From an uncultured Acidobacteriaceae bacterium (GTDB taxonomy: Bacteria; Acidobacteriota; Terriglobia; Terriglobales; Acidobacteriaceae), in the NCBI GenBank assembly GCA_963820245.1, contig CAWFZC010000021.1, positions 135,903 through 199,902 on the forward strand: a stretch of DNA of 64,000 bases, in the 5' to 3' direction. Below the pieces are notes generated by a model. That model was not told where the DNA came from, did no database searches, and worked only from the letters and a program-made list of their open reading frames with translations. How positions within the stretch are numbered: position 1 is the first letter of the stretch; every line of letters begins with the position of its first letter. Of this stretch, positions 62,082 through 64,000 are shown piece after piece. A program made the position numbers and the translations under genes.

Positions 62082-63995
62082 ATGAGTCTCAAGATCAAAC
62101 TCGTGCTGGCCATTACCGCCCTGGTTTTTTTGATCACCGGGCTGGTCTCGCTGGTCTACGCCAGCCAGATGCTGCACTCGGCGGTTGCCGAGTCATACGA
62201 CACCAATCACATGGTGGCGGAACAGATCCGGTTTGCCTTGCAGAACGCGCTCGAAGCAGGACTCAGAGATCAGACGGTCGATCCCAACGATCCTGCGCAG
62301 TTGCGCGCGCTGATGACCTCTGCGGTGCGCGACAACGCGGAGTTGCAGGCGGTGGTGCAGTCGGTGAACCGCTACTCGCTCACGGTCTACGATGTGAACA
62401 TCGGCGACAGCCATTCGCTAACGCTGCTCAGCACCAACCCCGAGAACGAAGACAAGCCACTGCCCTTGCGGCCTGACTACACGCAGTTGCTCAACCTCAA
62501 CTCGTTCCAGTTGATGCTTGAAGTTTTCGGTCCGCCCAAGGTCTACGACGTGGTGGCGTCGCTTGAAAACAACGGTGCGCCCTTTGCTTCAGTCCATGTG
62601 GGCGTGCGCACCACGCTGCTGCTGGCTTTTTATGCGCCGTGGCGGACTGAGGCACTGAGCCTGATGGGCGTCTCGCTGCTGACGGCACTGCTGGCGGCCT
62701 TCCTTCTTTCCAACCTTGCGCTGCGCCCGATGGAACAGATCAGCCGGCAGCTCGACCGCTGGACCACGATAGGCCAAAGCGCCGGCGAAATCGCGAGCGA
62801 ACCAAAGCCTGCCCTGATGCAGGACACCGCTCAGCAGGTCTCCACCAAGATTGAGCAGATTGGCCAGCGCATGCGCAATGTGGAAGAGGTGTTTTCCGCG
62901 TTGAAAGAAAATCTCGACCAGGTGCTGGGCAACCTGCAAGATGGAATTCTGTTGTTTACCGGCGATGGCCGGGCGGTGCTTGTGTCAGAAGCGGCGCGGC
63001 GCTTCCTCGATTTTCCGCATGAAACCATCCTGGGCATGCATGCGAACGACATTTTCAATCCCTCCACGGTGCTGGGCCGCATGCTGGGCGAGGCGTTCGA
63101 GACCGGGGCCACACTGGTCAACGAAGAAGTCCGCACGGAGACGGGCAGGCGCATCCAGGCATCGCTGGAGTTCATCCATGACGAAGACACGCGCCAGGGC
63201 CTGGGCGCGCTGGTCACGCTTCACGATCTTGAATCAGCCGAAGCGATCGAGTCCGAGCTCGAACTTTCGCGCCGCCTGGCCGCCATCGGCCGGCTCACCT
63301 CGGGGGTGGGTCACGAGGTAAAAAATCCCATCAATGCGATCGTCGTTCATCTTGAACTACTGAAAACAAAGCTCGGAGACGCCAGTGCCCCGGCAGTTCG
63401 CCATCTTGAGGTCATTGATTCCGAGATACATCGGCTCGATCGCGTCGTCCAAATGCTTGTGGACTTCTCACGCCCTGTCGAACTTGATCTCCGCGAACAC
63501 GACCTGCGCAAGGTGATAGGCGACGTGCTGGCGCTGGCCACGGATGAGTTCTCCACGCGCAACGTAACGCTCATCAACCATATGCCGTCGCATCCGATCG
63601 TGGCCAATGTTGACGCGGACCTGCTGAAACAGGCCGTTCTGAACGTGATTCTCAACGGCGCGCAGGCCATGCCGGACGGAGGACGGCTGGAGGTCACTCT
63701 CGAGGACGACAGAAAAACAGCGATACTACGCATTGCGGATGAGGGTGCGGGGATTCCTGAGGAGATACGCGAGAAGATTTTCGATCTTTATTTCACCACC
63801 AAGACCGAGGGCAGCGGGATTGGATTGGCAATGACTTACCGGATTCTTCAGTTGCACTACGGCAGCATAGAAGTACAATCGGTAACAGGCCGCGGCACGG
63901 AGTTCAAATTGCGGATTCCACTCTCCGCCTCGGACTGGGGACGCCGGCATCTTCAGCCGGCTGCTATCGAAATCGAGAAGGGGCTAGCGGGATGA
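62082..63995 (+). CDS. Membrane sensor histidine kinase with PAS domain
   Basis: Two TM segments, H-box GHEVKNPIN, and N, G1, F and G2 boxes (GSGIGLAM). Confidence 0.94.
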   Translation: MSLKIKLVLAITALVFLITGLVSLVYASQMLHSAVAESYDTNHMVAEQIRFALQNALEAGLRDQTVDPNDPAQLRALMTSAVRDNAELQAVVQSVNRYSLTVYDVNIGDSHSLTLLSTNPENEDKPLPLRPDYTQLLNLNSFQLMLEVFGPPKVYDVVASLENNGAPFASVHVGVRTTLLLAFYAPWRTEALSLMGVSLLTALLAAFLLSNLALRPMEQISRQLDRWTTIGQSAGEIASEPKPALMQDTAQQVSTKIEQIGQRMRNVEEVFSALKENLDQVLGNLQDGILLFTGDGRAVLVSEAARRFLDFPHETILGMHANDIFNPSTVLGRMLGEAFETGATLVNEEVRTETGRRIQASLEFIHDEDTRQGLGALVTLHDLESAEAIESELELSRRLAAIGRLTSGVGHEVKNPINAIVVHLELLKTKLGDASAPAVRHLEVIDSEIHRLDRVVQMLVDFSRPVELDLREHDLRKVIGDVLALATDEFSTRNVTLINHMPSHPIVANVDADLLKQAVLNVILNGAQAMPDGGRLEVTLEDDRKTAILRIADEGAGIPEEIREKIFDLYFTTKTEGSGIGLAMTYRILQLHYGSIEVQSVTGRGTEFKLRIPLSASDWGRRHLQPAAIEIEKGLAG

Positions 63996-64000
63996 AGATT

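Noticed and set aside
63992-64000. Next CDS starting ATGAAGATT and overlapping the kinase stop
   Set aside because: Only three codons fall inside the window, so it cannot be supported.

Overview
This is a GC-rich bacterial chromosomal segment, very likely Acidobacteriota (Acidobacteriaceae-like). The assignment rests on tandem ADOP/MacB-type duplicated permeases, an acidobacterial VWA protein and an S55 peptidase. Left to right: at least four ADOP permeases with one ATPase and one periplasmic adaptor; an oxidoreductase, VWA protein, S55 peptidase and ADH; fur/perR-katG; two secreted paralogs of unknown function; an accessory Rhs toxin/immunity cassette block next to a RAYT-type HUH (Y1) transposase; smc; an arsenic cluster (arsR divergent from arsM-gap-arsJ-arsC-acr3); purC-cvpA-fis-like-HAD-secretin; dsbA, nadE and an ABC pair; an IS110 element; a tannase, a priming glycosyltransferase, an MlaF-like ATPase, mobA, M20 and M3 peptidases, an ABC-F protein and a sigma54 two-component pair. 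The most striking unexplained structure is 23427-27438. Three identical 17-bp sites (AATAGGTATCATGTCCC) bracket both the RAYT gene and a ~3-kb Rhs toxin/immunity cargo. That cargo is cut mid-gene at both ends, and each inward-facing site carries stuttered micro-repeats of part of its own sequence. This is a candidate HUH-driven toxin-cassette capture or shuffling system. Single-base frameshifts in smc, gap and arsM are probably assembly errors. All calls come from motif reading by eye; no database searches were run.
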